Part shown: positions 1 through 12,600 of the stretch, one piece after another | How positions within the stretch are numbered: the stretch's first letter is position 1 | Layout of the letters: each line of letters starts with the position of its first letter | Source of the DNA: Mobula hypostoma | Taxonomy: Eukaryota | Assembly: GCF_963921235.1 (NCBI RefSeq) | Contig: NC_086097.1 | Coordinates: 223,512,001 to 223,576,000, forward strand | Length of the DNA stretch: 64,000 nt | Reading direction: 5' to 3' | Made by a program: the position numbers and the translations under genes | The notes under the pieces: generated by a model | What the model was told of the DNA's origin: nothing | Seen by the model: the letters and a program-made list of their open reading frames with translations, nothing else | Databases searched by the model: none

Positions 1-430
1 CAGATAATCCGAGAAAAGATTTACTAGCCTCATTCCCTTTAAGGAAGGCTAATGGTCAATGCCTTTGGAGTTCAGAAGAATGGGCAGTGGTGGAGAGATT
101 TCTTGACAGGGTAGACATTGAGATATTCTCAACACCGGGATAGTCACAAACAAAAGGGACACTGCTATAAAATAAAGAGTCAGCCATTTACAGCTGAGTT
201 ACATAGAAATTCCTTCACTCAAAGAACAGTGAAGCTCTACAATTCTCTCTGCTCACCAGTGCAGAAGGCCAGATCATTAGATTATGTAAATGGAAATAGA
301 TAAATATTCAAAGGGTCAATGAATTAATGTTATGCAGAAATGGCACAAGAGTCAGACCCCAGCACAGACCAGCCATCATGATTATGGGCAGGTTTGGTCG
401 GGGTCAGGGGTGAGTAGTCTGGTGACCCGA
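1..430 (+). mobile_element. Degraded CR1 LINE 3' fragment
   Basis: Decayed C-terminal CR1 ORF2 wording (GHCYKIK...RNSFTQRTVKLYNSL) followed by CR1-like 3' UTR; boundaries approximate. Confidence 0.55.
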
Positions 431-1433
431 TTTTCTCGAGTTCTTGTGGACAATACTGACAGACCAAGTGGGGGATGGGGCACTATGTGGAAAACAGTCA
501 AAACAAAGATAACACTTTCTATTCTTGTTCCTCAGTCCCATTTTACTGAGCTCTAAAATACCTGTCTAAATACAGTAACCATTCAGGATACATGCTCTGG
601 AACTAGTGCTTGATTTTTTTTTGCCATTCAAGGATTTTTGCATTCAATCCAGATGTCTACTAAGGAGCTTCACTAAAATCCTGTGTCTTGTTACATTTCC
701 TACAAAAAGGAGTAGCTGACATGAATAGTCCAGCTAAATTTAGAGAAAATAAATAACTAAATACACAAGGGAGAAAGAAAAAAATATCTGTTGATAGAAT
801 TAGATAAAGATGGATGGAAAACATATGCAGGATAAGCTTCAGCACAAAACAACTAGCCAAAAGGCATGTTTCACTTCCCTTACATTTTTGTAAAAATAAC
901 ATGATAAAACAAGATTAAAAAGCTGGCATTCTATCAAAATCAAAGATGGTTCGATAACCATCACTTTGCCTGTTTGGCACACTGAGTCTACACTGGCCCG
1001 TTGATCCTACACTGGCTTTCTAAGGGTTCTGTTCTTCCCCATATCCTTTTGATCTAATTCTCTTTGGATAGGTGCCATTCATTTGGTGCCCACCACCCAT
1101 TCAGGTAGTTCATTCCAAATTCCAACTGATACACAGCCTCTTCAATGCCCCTGGCAAAGGTTACATATCGGTATCAAAGGTTATGGGGAGAAGGCCGGGG
1201 AGTGGGGCTGAGGGGGGGAAAAAAAAAGGATCAGCCATGATTAAATGATGGAGCAGACTCTATGGGCCAAATTCTACTCCTATGTCTAATGATCTTATAC
1301 CAATCAGCTTAAATGTACTCCCTTGAGTTATATTGGCCATTTATCAATTACTAATATTTCTTTTACTTAAGATTTTTAAAATTATCAGTTATCCTATTAG
1401 CCTTCTTTGCTTCAAGAACCACAGTTTTTCTAA

Positions 1434-2293
1434 TGTTACATACCTCAAGGAGATCTTGCGGCTTTCTTGTGAGAATGATGTAATGATTTTTTGGAAGTCA
1501 CCTGATGTAATTTTCCTGCCGATGTGAGGTCACGTGATGACATGTTCACCACGGGTATAAAAGGGAAGACCTCAGGTGACGCAGTTAGTTTTTCCAGTTA
1601 GAACGTCAATGAGGTATTCCGCACCGCTGCTTATTTGCATTATGACGCAGTTTTGATTTTAAACGGAGTTTTATGTTCTAATATAAGGTACAGAAATCTG
1701 AGCTGGGAGTTTGACCAATCGCTGCCAGGTTTGTTAATGTATCTTTTAAGTAACACTGGAGAGTGAAGATGGGACCCTGAAGGAGACGTTCGACAGGTTT
1801 GGAAAGTATCGACCATTACTGAATTCGTTCAAGAAAGAGTGATCTGCATGAGACAGTCTCTGCTAAAAAGGAAGCAGAAAAGGCTGTGCAGGATCTATTC
1901 TACGAAGTAGTAAGGTCAGTGCCTTTAAAACCATTTTATTTCCGTTGTCGTGAATCCTGTGGACAAGGCAGGATCCAACTGGGAGTGGCAGTGACGTCGT
2001 GTCTTCGAGGAATTCGTTACTTCATGAAAGTCTCTCCTAATTGACTGTATAAATCTCTTGGACTTTAAAATTTACCATTCGAGAAACTGTGTTTGAATTT
2101 ATCGCTTTAAGAACTGGTTTCGCATTTATCGCTTTAAGAACTAGTACTGAGTAGTGGTTTACTGAATGGCCGCATAGCCGTTTACTTCTGGTTAGGATTT
2201 TCATTTTTTTTTCATTGTTTATCAGGGTTTAATAAATTTTTGTTTGTTTATAAATCCTGACTCGATATATTCATTGTTGCCGATCACGTGACG
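1434..2293 (+). mobile_element. Solo LTR of a Gypsy family related to the provirus at 18573-23783
   Basis: Starts TGTTACATACCTCAAGGAGATCT, similar to the provirus LTR start on the minus strand (TGTTACATGCTCAAGGAGATCTG); ends GTGACG; 4-bp TSD CTAA at 1430-1433 and 2294-2297; TATAAAA near 1556 and AATAAA near 2231. Confidence 0.85.
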
Positions 2294-2362
2294 CTAATCT
2301 ATCACTTAAGAGTAGCTCATGGAATCATTCCAGGAAAGCACAAATTATGATTATTAAAATAC

Positions 2363-2522
2363 CTGGATTATTATTCATAATTGCTTTTGCTGGCCGTGGG
2401 GTTGGTTCTGGGAGACTGGTTTCACTCAATGCTTTGGCTGCGGCAGCATGTTGAGCCTTTTTGATACTACTTCCTTCTGCTTCCCAAGTTTGATCTCCAA
2501 GGGTCAACTGTACACTGAAGAT
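2363..2522 (-). CDS. STAU2: Staufen coding exon, second half of dsRBD1 and linker (IFSVQLTLGDQTWEAEGSSIKKAQHAAAAKALSETSLPEPTPRPAKAIMNNNP)
   Basis: 160-bp exon with polypyrimidine-CAG acceptor and GTATTT donor; EGSSIKKAQ dsRBD motif; QTWE and NNNPG match STAU2 better than STAU1 as recalled. Confidence 0.92.
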
Positions 2523-5021
2523 CTGCACGAAAAGAAAAGATTATGTTAATACATATTTTATTGAAAACATCTATTACAGTCAACAAAAGTTTTGCAGCCT
2601 AATGCTAGGTTCTACAATTTTCATCTGATTTTCAGTAAAGGGATTACACAGAATTAACCAACGTGCCTTTGATTATTAGAGGCTAGCTTCTTGTAAATAT
2701 TCAGAGCTTGATTGAATTTTGTTGAAGCAACCTGTGCTTGTTTTATTCTTAAAACCATCATTTGCCAAAAGACAGATATTTTGAAGGAAGCCTGGATCAA
2801 TAACTTGAATTACTATAATACCTTCAATGCTAAACTAACAAATTTCATGACACATGCCAGTGATAATAAACCCAATTCTGATTCTGATGTTCAAGGAAAT
2901 GAAAACAAGTACCTAATTAAATTTATGGAACTAAAACTTTCACTCTACATTTCAAGTTAACATTTACCTTTTCCCCAACAAGGATTATCAATCATCACCT
3001 ACTATACTACCCAATGTACGTTACCTTCCCCTGGTGGAAAGTTCATTGCGTCATAGTGAAATCTGAAATAACTCATTTCATAAATAAGTAACTTGTATCT
3101 TGTTAAAGTGGCACACACATAACTGATCAATTTGTGCCTACATTACGGACTTGCACTACTTTCATTCAGTTATTCAAGAGATTGCTGGCACCCGGAAGGA
3201 CATCATTCAGAAACTGCTTGATTATTGCTCAGGTATCTATACTTACACTATCACGTCCAATGCCGTGTATGGACAAAACAGTTCACATGCTTCTATTGCC
3301 ATTTGAAAGTTAATCAAATCTATAACTTCACACACCATTTAATCTCAATCCATTCATTTATTAACTGATTTCATTATAATCTATTTTATACTATGCTTCT
3401 TTATTTTTAAGCCAATTTGACTTTAAATAGTTCAGCTAATTTTCTCTCAGGTACATGTACAAATGAAGTACTGTTCTTCAATCATTAATGCACATGTCCT
3501 GCATTTCTTGGACATACCACAGTTCATTTCTTTGCTGCACGAGAAAGAATGATCAATGAAGGGAAATGGGGGGGGGGGGATAAGCAGCTGGTGTCACATG
3601 GAGTTAAATCCTTTCCTATGTTCCTCTTCAAATAAATTATGAGTAGTACGCAGAATAATTAATACTTAAAGATCTGCTGAGTTACAAACAAGGAAAAGCT
3701 TACTGCAAAAATAAACTTTGCTGTAAATTATTGTTCATTACATTGTGTAATTACCTGGATTACTTGTGAAGAATAGGAATAGGAAGTATGCCTGCGAGGC
3801 CAGTGTTCTGTACTGGGTGTCGGATGTGGGATGTCCTGGAGACTCCCGGACTCCCGGACAGCCACATCTGTACCAGGTACGTTGAGCTGCAGCTCCTTAG
3901 GGACAGGGTTAGGGAACTGGAGCTGTAGCTTGATGACCTTCGTCTGGTCAGGAGAAGGTGATAGGCAAGGGTTCACCCCAGGGCGTCGGGAGACAAGTAA
4001 GTGAGTAACAGTCAGGATAGGGAAGGAAAAGAGTCAGAGGCTACAGACCACCCCTGTGGCTGTACCCCTTAACGATAAGTACTCCTGTTTGAGTACTATG
4101 GGGGGGGGGGGGGACAGCCTACCTGGGGGAAGCAACAGTGGCCGCACCTCTGACACAAAGTCTGGCCCTGTGGCTCAGAAGGGTAGGGAAAGGATGGCAG
4201 CAGTAATAGGGGACTCTATAGTTAGGGGGGGTGAGACAGGCGATTCTGTGGATGCAGGAAATAAACATGGATGGTAGTTTGCCTCCCAGGTGCCAGGGTC
4301 TGGGATATTTCTGATCACATCCACGATATCCTGAAGCAGGAAGGTGAATAGGCAGAGATCATGGTACATATTGGTATCAATGACGTAGGTAGGAAAACGG
4401 AGGAGGTCCTGAAAACAGACTACAGGGAGTTGGGAAGGAAGTTGAGAAGCAGGACCTCAAAGGTAGTATTCTCGGGATTACTGCCTGTGCCATGTGACAG
4501 TGAGTATAGGAATAGAAAGAGGTGGAGGACAAATGCGTGGCTGAGGGTTTGGAGCAGGGAGCAGGGATTCAGATTTCTGGATTATTGGACCTCTTCTGGG
4601 GCAGGAGTGATCTGTACAAAAAGGATGGGTTGCACTTGAATCCCAGGGGGACCAATATCCTGGCGGGGAGATTTGCTAAGGCTGTTGGGGAGGGTTTAAA
4701 CTAGAATTGCTGGGGGGGTGAGAACCAAACTGAAGAGATGGAAGAAGGGGCAGTTGACTCACAAATAGAGAAAGCTTGGAGACAGTGCGAGAGGGAAGAT
4801 AGACAGGTGATAGAGAAGGGATGCGCTCAGACCGATGGTTTGAGATGTGTCTATTTTAATACAAGGAGTATTATGAACAAAGCGGATGAGCTTAGAGTGT
4901 GGATCAGTACTTGGAGCTATGATGTTGTGGCCATTACAGAGACTTAGATGGCTCAGGGGCAGGAATGGTTACTTCGAGTGCGAGGTTTTAGATGTTTAGA
5001 TGTTTTAGATCAAAGAGGACA

Positions 5022-7200
5022 GGAAAATTTTTAATTGGGGAAAGGCAAATTATGAGGCTATAAGGCTAGAACTTGCGGGTGTGAATTGGGATGATGTTTT
5101 TGCAGGGAAATGTACTATGGACATGTGGTCGATGTTTAGAGATCTCTTGCAGGATGTAAGGGATAAATTTGTCCCGGTGAGGAAGATAAAGAATGGTAGG
5201 GTGAAGGAACCATGGGTGACAAGTGAGGTGGAAAATCTAGTCAGGTGGAAGAAGGCAGCATAAATGAGGTTTAGGAAGCAAGGATCAGATGGGTCTATTG
5301 AGGAATATAGGGAAGCAAGAAAGGAGCTTAAGAAGGGGCTGAGAAGAGCAAGAAGGGAGCATGAGAAGGCCTTGGCAAGTAGGGTAAAGGAAAACCCCAA
5401 GGCATTCTTCAATTATGTGAAGATAAAAAAGGATGACAGGAATGAAGGTAGGACTGATTAGAGATAAAGGTAGGAAGATGTGCCTGGAGGCTGTGGAAGT
5501 GAGCGAGGTCCTCAATGAATACTTCTCTTCGGTATTCACCAATGAGAGGGAACTTGATGATGGTGAGGACAATATGAGTGAGGTTGATGTTCTGGAGCAT
5601 GCTGATATTAAGGGAGAGGAGGTGTTGGAGTTGTTAAAATACATTAGGACAGATAAGTCCCCGGGGCCTGACGGAATATTCCCCAGGCTGCTCCACGAGG
5701 CGAGAGAAGAGATTGCTGAGCCTCTGGCTAGGATCTTTATGTCCTCGTTGTCCATGGGAATGGTACCGGAGGATTGGAGGGAGGTGAATGTTGTTCCCTT
5801 GTTCAAAAAAGGTAGTAGGGATAGTCCGGGTAATTATAGACCAGTGAGCCTTACGTCTGTGGTGGGAAAGCTGTTGGAAAAGATTCTCAGAGATAGGATC
5901 TATAGGCATTTAGAGAATCATGGTCTGATCAGGGACAGTCAGCATGGCTTTGTGAAGGGCAGATCATGTCTAACAAGCCTGATAGAGTTCTTTGAGGTGG
6001 TGACCAGGCAGATAGATAAGGGTAGTGCAGTGGATGTGATCTATATGGATTTTAGTAAGGCATTTGACAAGGTTCCACACGGTAGGCTTATTCAGAAAGT
6101 TAGAAGGCATGGGATCCAGGGAAGTTTGGCCAGGTAGATTCAGAATTGGCTTGCCTGCAGAAGGCAGAGGGTGGTGGTGGAGGGAGTACATTCAGATTGG
6201 AGGATTGTGACTAGTGGTGTCCCACAAGGATCTGTTCTGGGACCTCTACTTTTCGTGATGTTTATTAACGACCTGGATGTGGGGTTAGAAGGGTGGGTTG
6301 GCAAGTTTGCAGACGACACAAAGGTTGGTGGTGTTGTAGATAGTGTAGAGGATTGTCAAAGATTGCAGAGAGACATTGATAGGATGCAGAAGTGGGCTGA
6401 GAAGTGGCAGATGGAGTTCAACCCGGAGAAGTGTGAGGTGCGACACTTTTGGAAGGACAAACTCCAAGGCAGAGTACAAAGTAAATGGCAGGATACTTGG
6501 TAGTGTGGAGGAGCAGAGGGATCTCGGGGTACATGTCCACAGATCCCTGAAAGTTGCCTCACAGGTGGATAGGGTAGTTAAGAAAGCTTATGGGGTGCTA
6601 GCTTTCGTAAGTCGAGGGATAGAGTTTAAGAGTCGCGATGTAATGATGCAGCTCTATAAAACTCTGGTTAGGCCACACTTGGAGTATTGTGTCCAGTTCT
6701 GGTCACCTCACTATAGGAAGGATGTGGAAGCATTGGAAAGGGTACAGAGGAGATTTACCAGGATGCTGCTTGGTTTAGAAAGTATGCATTATGATCAGAG
6801 ATTAAGGGAGCTAGGGCTTTACTCTTTGGAGAGAAGGAGGATGAGAGGAGACATGATAGAGGTGTACAAGATAATAAGAGGAATAGATAGAATGGATAGC
6901 CAGCACCTCTTCCCCAGGGCACCACTGCTCAATACAAGAGGACATGGCTTTAAGGTAAGGGGTGGGAAGTTCAAGGGGGATATTAGAGGAAGGTTTTTTA
7001 CTCAGAGAGTGGTTGGTGCGTGGAATGCACTGCCTGAGTCAGTGGTGGAGGCAGATACACTAGTGAAGTTTAAGAGACTACTAGACAGGTATATGGAGGA
7101 ATCTAAGGTGGGGGCTTATATGGGAGGCAGGGTTTGAGGGTCGGCACAACATTGTGGGCCGAAGGGCCTGTACTGTGCTGTACTATTCTATGTTCTATGT
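5022..7200 (+). mobile_element. 5'-truncated CR1 LINE inserted into the endonuclease region of the outer CR1
   Basis: RT ORF pieces 5433-6137, 6171-6503 and 6376-7137, ending in a CR1 tail (TATTCTATGTTCTATG); outer EN sequence (RKDREGGKRGGG) resumes at about 7201. Confidence 0.88.
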
Positions 7201-7261
7201 TTTAGAAAGGACAGGGAGGGAGGCAAAAGAGGTGGAGGCTTGGCACTGTTGATCAGAGATA

Positions 7262-7640
7262 ATCATAGTCATAGTCATACTTTATTGATCCCAGGGGGAA
7301 ATTGGTTTTCGTTACAGTTGCACCATAAATAATAAATAGTAATAGAACCATAAACAGTTAAATAGTAATATGTAAATTATGCCAGTAAATTATGAAATAA
7401 GTCCAGGACCAGCCTATCGGCACAGCGTGTCTGACCCTCCAAGGGAGGAGTTGTAACGTTTGATGGCCACAGGCAGGAATGACTTCCTATGACGCTCTGT
7501 GCTGCACCTTGGAGGAATGAGACTCTGGTTGAATGTATTCCTGTGCCCACCCAGTACATTATGTAGTGGATGGGAGACATTGACCAAGATGGCATGCAGC
7601 TTAGACAGCATCCTCTTTTCAGACACCACCGTGAGAGCGT
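7262..7640 (-). mobile_element. Rex1/Babar-like LINE 3' fragment nested in CR1
   Basis: C-terminal RT-element wording (SHPLH...TERHRKSFLPVAIKRYN) with (GACTAT)n tail at the left edge; CR1 resumes at about 7640. Confidence 0.65.
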
Positions 7641-7972
7641 CACGGCTGCAGAAAAGGAGAAATATGGATTGTCTACGGAGTCTCTGTGGATGGAAGTTAG
7701 GAACAGGAAGGGGTCAATAACTCCACTGGGTATTTTTATAGACTATCCAATAGTAACAGGGACATTGAGGAGCAGATAGGGAGACAGATTCTGTAAAGGT
7801 ACAATAATGACCGTGTTGTCGTGGTGGGAGATTCTAATTTCCCCAATATTGATTAGCATCGCCCCAGAGCAAGGGGTTTAGATGGGGTGGAGTTTCTTAG
7901 GTGTATTCAGGAAGGTTTCCTGACACAATATGTAGGTAAGCCTACAAGAGGAAAGGCTGTACTTGATCTGTA

Positions 7973-9539
7973 CAGGTGTCCCCCGCTTTTCAAACGTTCG
8001 CTTTACAAAACCTCGCTGTTACGAAAGACCTACATTAGTTACCTGTTTTTGCTAACAGAAGGTGTTTTCACCGTTACGTAAAAAGGCAGCGCGCGCCCTG
8101 AGCAGCCAAGCTCCTCCCCCGGAACTGCATTCTAGCCGGCATTGCTTAAGCACGTGCCTGTGAGCATCTGTGTTTTATGTCGATTTATTTTGAGCATCCG
8201 TTAGCAAGATGAGTTCTAAGGTATCGGAAAAGCCTAAAAGAGCTCGTAAAGGTGTTACACTTGCGTAAAACTAGACATAATTAAGAATTTCGATCGTGGT
8301 GAATGAAGTAAGGACAAAATGAGTTTGGCTTGTGGAAGCTGACGAAGATGATGTTGAAGAGGTTTTGCCATCCCATGACCAAGAACTGATAGATGAAGAG
8401 CTGATGCAGTTGGAAGAGGAAAGGATAACAATCGAAACCGAATGCAGTAGCGAACGGATCAAAAGTGAAGTTGTCCAAGAACTGAATGTGAAGCAACTGC
8501 GTGAGATTTTTGCTGCAATGATTGCAGAAAAGTACGACTTTAATTTTGAAAGGGTACGTAGGTTTAGGGCATATTTGCAGGATGGTTTGAGTGCTTACAA
8601 GGAACTATATGACAGAAAAATGCGCGAGGCTAAGCAGTCAAGCATACTGTCGTTTTTCAAGCCTTCCACATCAGCCACAGCAGACGATGAACCTCGATCT
8701 TCGAGATCGAGGCAGGCAGACATAGAAGGTGACAACCTGCCTGCCCTGATGGAAACAGATGACGATGAGATGACACCCCAGTGTCACACCATCCCAACCT
8801 CCGGGCCGCAGACCAATGCATTGCCGCAAAGAATGCAGCGGTGCAGCGGTAGTTGGGACGCACCCAGCGCATCTTTAAGAAAAAAAGCCTAAAAACAAGC
8901 TAATTAATTATGTGCCAGGCGGCACCTAATTAATTAGCTTGTTTATTTCAGCTCTTTTCTTAAAGATGTGCTGGGTGCATCCCTGCTACCGCTGCATTCT
9001 TCGCGGATTGGTATCAGTCCTCGGCCTGGAGGTTGGGGACCACGGCACCACCCCAGCCTCCAATGACTCAGCCTAACACACCATCATCAGTGTGCTCAGC
9101 GCTGTCTTCCCAATTCAGGTAAGCGATATTACACTGTACATATATTATTTCTACATTATGTAGGCTGTGTATTTTTATGTGATATTTGGTATGATTTGGC
9201 AGCTTCATAGCTTAAAAGGTTACTGGAGAGAGTGTTTCTGCCGAGAGTGCTTGCGTGAGATTTTTGCTACGGTGGACAGTGCGGCAATGATTGTAGAAAA
9301 GTATTTCTACTTTATATAGGCTGTGTATTTATCATATCATTCCTGCTTCTACGATATGTTACTGTTATTTTAGGTTTTATGTGTTATTTGGCATGATTTG
9401 GTAGGTTATTTTTTGGGTCTGCGAACACTCACAAATTTTTCCATATAAATAAATGATAATTGCTTCTTCACTTTACCACACTCTGGCTTACGAACCGTTC
9501 CATAGGAACGATCTACCTTCAGATGGCGGGGGAAACCTG
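7973..9539 (+). mobile_element. Internally deleted Tigger/pogo-like DNA transposon
   Basis: TIRs CAGGTGTCCCCCGC / CAGGTTTCCCCCGC; TA TSD at 7971-7972 and 9540-9541; frameshifted HTH-like start (MSSKVSEKPKRARKGVTL..KLDIIK, ATG 8209) joined to an acidic C-terminal transposase remnant (ORF 8332-8892); DDE core not seen. Confidence 0.85.
8793..9038. repeat. Long imperfect palindrome (about 120-bp arms, 4-nt loop) inside the Tigger element
   Basis: CACCCAGCGCATCTTTAAGAAAA...AAACAAGCTAATTAATTATGTGCC-AGGC-GGCACCTAATTAATTAGCTTGTTT...TTTTCTTAAAGATGTGCTGGGTG. Confidence 0.9.
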
Positions 9540-11065
9540 TATTGGGAAAAGAACCTGGTCAGGTGTCAGGTCTCTCAGTGGGAGAGCATTTTGGCGATAG
9601 TGATTACAATTCTATCTCCTTTACCATAGTATTGGAGAGGGATAGGAACAGACAAGTTAGAAAAACTTTTAATTGGAGTAAGGGGAAATATGAAGCTATC
9701 AGACAGGAACTTGTTAGCATAAATTGGGAACAGATGTTCTCAGGGAAATGTACGGCAGAAATGTGGCAAATGTTCAGGGGATATTTGCATGGAGCTCTGC
9801 ATAGATACGTTCCAGTGAAACGGAAAGGATGATAGGATACAGGAACCTGGTCCACAAAGGCTGTTGTAAATCTAGTCAAGAAGAAACGAAAAGCTTACAA
9901 AAGGTTCAAAAAACTAGGTAATGATAGAGATCTAGAAAATTATAAGTCTAGCAAGAAGGAGTTTAAGAATGAAATTAGGAGAGCCAGAAGGGGCCATGAG
10001 AAGGCCTTGCTGAGCAGGATTGAGGAAAACCCCAAGGCATTCTACAAGTATGTGAAGAGGATAAGACATGAGAGAATAGGACCAATCAAGTGTGACAATG
10101 GAAAAGTGTGTATGGAACCGGAGGAGACAGCAGAGAGACTTAATGAATACTTTGCTTCAGTATTCACTATGGAAAAGGATCTTGGCGATTGTAGGGATAA
10201 CTTGCAGCAGACTGAAAACCTTGAGCATATAGACATTAGGAAAGATGATGTGCTGGAACTTTTGGAAAGCATCAAGTTGGATAAGTCACTGGGACCAGAA
10301 GAGGTATACCCCAGGCTACTGTGGGAGGCGAGGAAGGAGATTGCTGAGCCTCTGGCGATGTTCTTTGCACCATCAATGGGGACGGGAGAGGTTCCGGAGG
10401 ATTGGAGGGTTGTGGATGTTGTTCCCTTATTCGAGAAAGGGAGTAGAGATAGCCCAGGAAATTATAGGCCAGTGAGTCTTACTTCAGTGGTTGGTAAGTT
10501 GATGGAGAAGATCCTGACAGGCAGGATTTATGAACATTTGGAGAGGCATAATATGATTAGGAATAGTCAGCATGGCTTTCTCAAAGGCAGGTCGTGCCTT
10601 ATGAGCCTAATTAAATTTTTTGAGGATGTGACTATGCACATTGATGAAGGTAGAGCAGTAGATGTAGCATATATGGATTTCAGCAAGGCATTTGATAAGG
10701 TGCCCTATGCAAGGCTTATTGAGAAAGTAAAGAGATATGGGATCCAAGTGGATTCAGAATTGGCTTGCCCACAGAAGGCGAAGAGTGGTTGTAGACGGGT
10801 CATATTCTGCATTGAGGTTGGTAACGAGTGGTGTAACTCAGGGAGCTGTTCTGGGACCCCTTCTCTCCGTGATTTTTATAAATGACCTGGATGAGGAAGT
10901 GAAGGGATGGGTTAGTAAATTTGCTGATGACACAAAGGTTGGGGGTGTTGTGGATAGTGTGGAGGGCTGTCAGAGGTTACAGTGGGATATCAATAGGATG
11001 CAAAACTGGGCTGAGAAGTGGCAGATGGAGTTCAACTCAGATAAATCTGAGGTGGTTCATTTTCC

Positions 11066-11458
11066 ATAGAAACATAGAAAACCTACAGCACAATACAGGC
11101 CCTTTGGCCCACAAAGTTGTACCAAACATGTCCCTACCTTAGAAGTTACTCTTAAAAGACCCTATTGTATCCGCCTCCATCACCGCTGCTGGCAGCACAG
11201 TCCACACACTCACCACAAACTTACCCCTGACATCTCTTCTGTATCTACTCCCAAGCACCTTAAACCTGTGCCCTCTTGGGGTGGAGGCGGATACAATAGG
11301 GTCTTTTCAGAGACTCCTGGATTGGTACATAGAGCTTAGAAAAATAGAGGGCTATCGATAACCCTAGTTAATTTCTAAAGTAAGTACATGTTTGGCACAG
11401 CATTGTGGGCTGAAGGGCCTGTATTGTGCTGTAGGTTTTCTATATTTCTATGTTTCTA
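11066..11458. mobile_element. Two CR1 3' ends in inverted orientation (minus copy then plus copy)
   Basis: CATAGAAACATAGAAAACCTACAGCACAATACAGGCCCTT at left is the reverse complement of AAGGGCCTGTATTGTGCTGTAGGTTTTCTATATTTCTATG at right; GACCCTATTGTATCCGCCTCCA pairs with TGGAGGCGGATACAATAGGGTC. Confidence 0.8.
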
Positions 11459-12469
11459 CTTTGGAGCTGGATGTAGATTCCAATTTAAGTTAAATTAGTC
11501 TGTTTCCCTTTCATCCAAGTTACTTTGAGATATTTTGAAATAAAACTGAAACTGTGTTTGTACAATTCCAACAAGAATTCTTTTCTTTGATATTGTATTT
11601 TGATTTCAGTATGTGGGCAAGATTATAATTCATGCACATTCATCTCCAGTTACATCAGGAAGGTGCTGGCTGGGATTCTCCTCGAACTACGACAGTCTTG
11701 GTTGCTCTCTCATGACAGTGGCCAGCAGGGAACTCCAAAACTTGGGTCTAGCAACAAGCTAAAAGTTTAAAATTACTCAAAAAGTGGACACATTGCCACT
11801 AATCTTTTAGGAAAGTTGGGAAAATTAATTTTATATTTTCTGTCAGTTAATGTACAGTATACTTAAAGATTATGAAATTAACTAAAATATAGCCAGCTAA
11901 TGGTAAAAGTCAAAAATATATTGACAATTATCTGTCACTCATCAGATCTCACAGATAAAATGTTCATTTCAGAAGACAGCCAAGGTGGTAAACTGAGTGA
12001 TCTTGTGATGCAAAATAAAAACAGGAAACACTGGATACACTCAGCAGTTCTATTGAACCTTTAAGGTCAAATATCCTTTATCTGAACAGAGAGAGAAAGA
12101 TCTTCTGGTGTGCTCATAGGTTCTTAAAAGTCAACAAGGTGATTAAGACAAAACACAATGAGAACAGTAATTATGCTGGAATTGCGTTCAGCACTCATCG
12201 GACTATATCCCAAGTACCGCACGTGCTGCAGTGGCAGTTCCTTGGGATCATGGATGGACTTGCTTCTACTGCATTTTCTGGGCTCCAAGTATGTTCTCAC
12301 TGTAGTTAAAATTATTACACACAAAAAAATTACCAGGTACTTACACCAAGATTTCAATAGACCTGTAAAATGAAACACACTGGATCTAAATGAACATTGC
12401 TTTCTATACTAGCACGTGAAAATATGCTTCAAGAATCTAAAACACTCTTAAAAGCTGCCAAACTATTAC

Positions 12470-12600
12470 CTTGGCATGGGCTGGTCCTCTTTCATTCAGA
12501 AGTTTGTACTGGGGTTGGATTCTGTTGAAACGGGCTAACTCATTCACCAGACACATTGGGGTTTTCTCTTTGGGGTTTGCCATGTTATCCTGGAAAGAAA
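12470..12600 (-). CDS. STAU2: Staufen coding exon, first half of dsRBD1 (VSFQDNMANPKEKTPMCLVNELARFNRIQPQYKLLNERGPAHAK)
   Basis: 131-bp exon, acceptor TTGCAG and donor GTAATA; begins phase 1, ends phase 0, in frame with both neighbours; RFNRIQPQYKLLNERGPAH is STAU2-type; missed by the ORF track. Confidence 0.95.

Larger units (their letters stand above)
3750..11065 (+). mobile_element. Near full-length CR1 LINE (ORF1 zinc finger plus SGNH esterase, ORF2 EN-RT), fragmented by three nested insertions
   Basis: ORF1 motifs VIGDSIVR, VHIGIND, DGLHLN; EN start CVYFNTRSIMNKADEL; RT motifs NYRPVSLTS, SQHGF, MDFSKAFD, FADDTK; segments at about 3750-5010, 7200-7260, 7640-7972 and 9540-11065. Confidence 0.9.

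Noticed and set aside
5050..6562. Antisense ORFs over CR1 ORF2
   Set aside because: Shadow frames of the retrotransposon coding sequence
8332..8892. Domesticated TIGD/CENP-B-like gene
   Set aside because: Lies within TIRs and TSD of a deleted transposon; no DDE core and the HTH start is frameshifted
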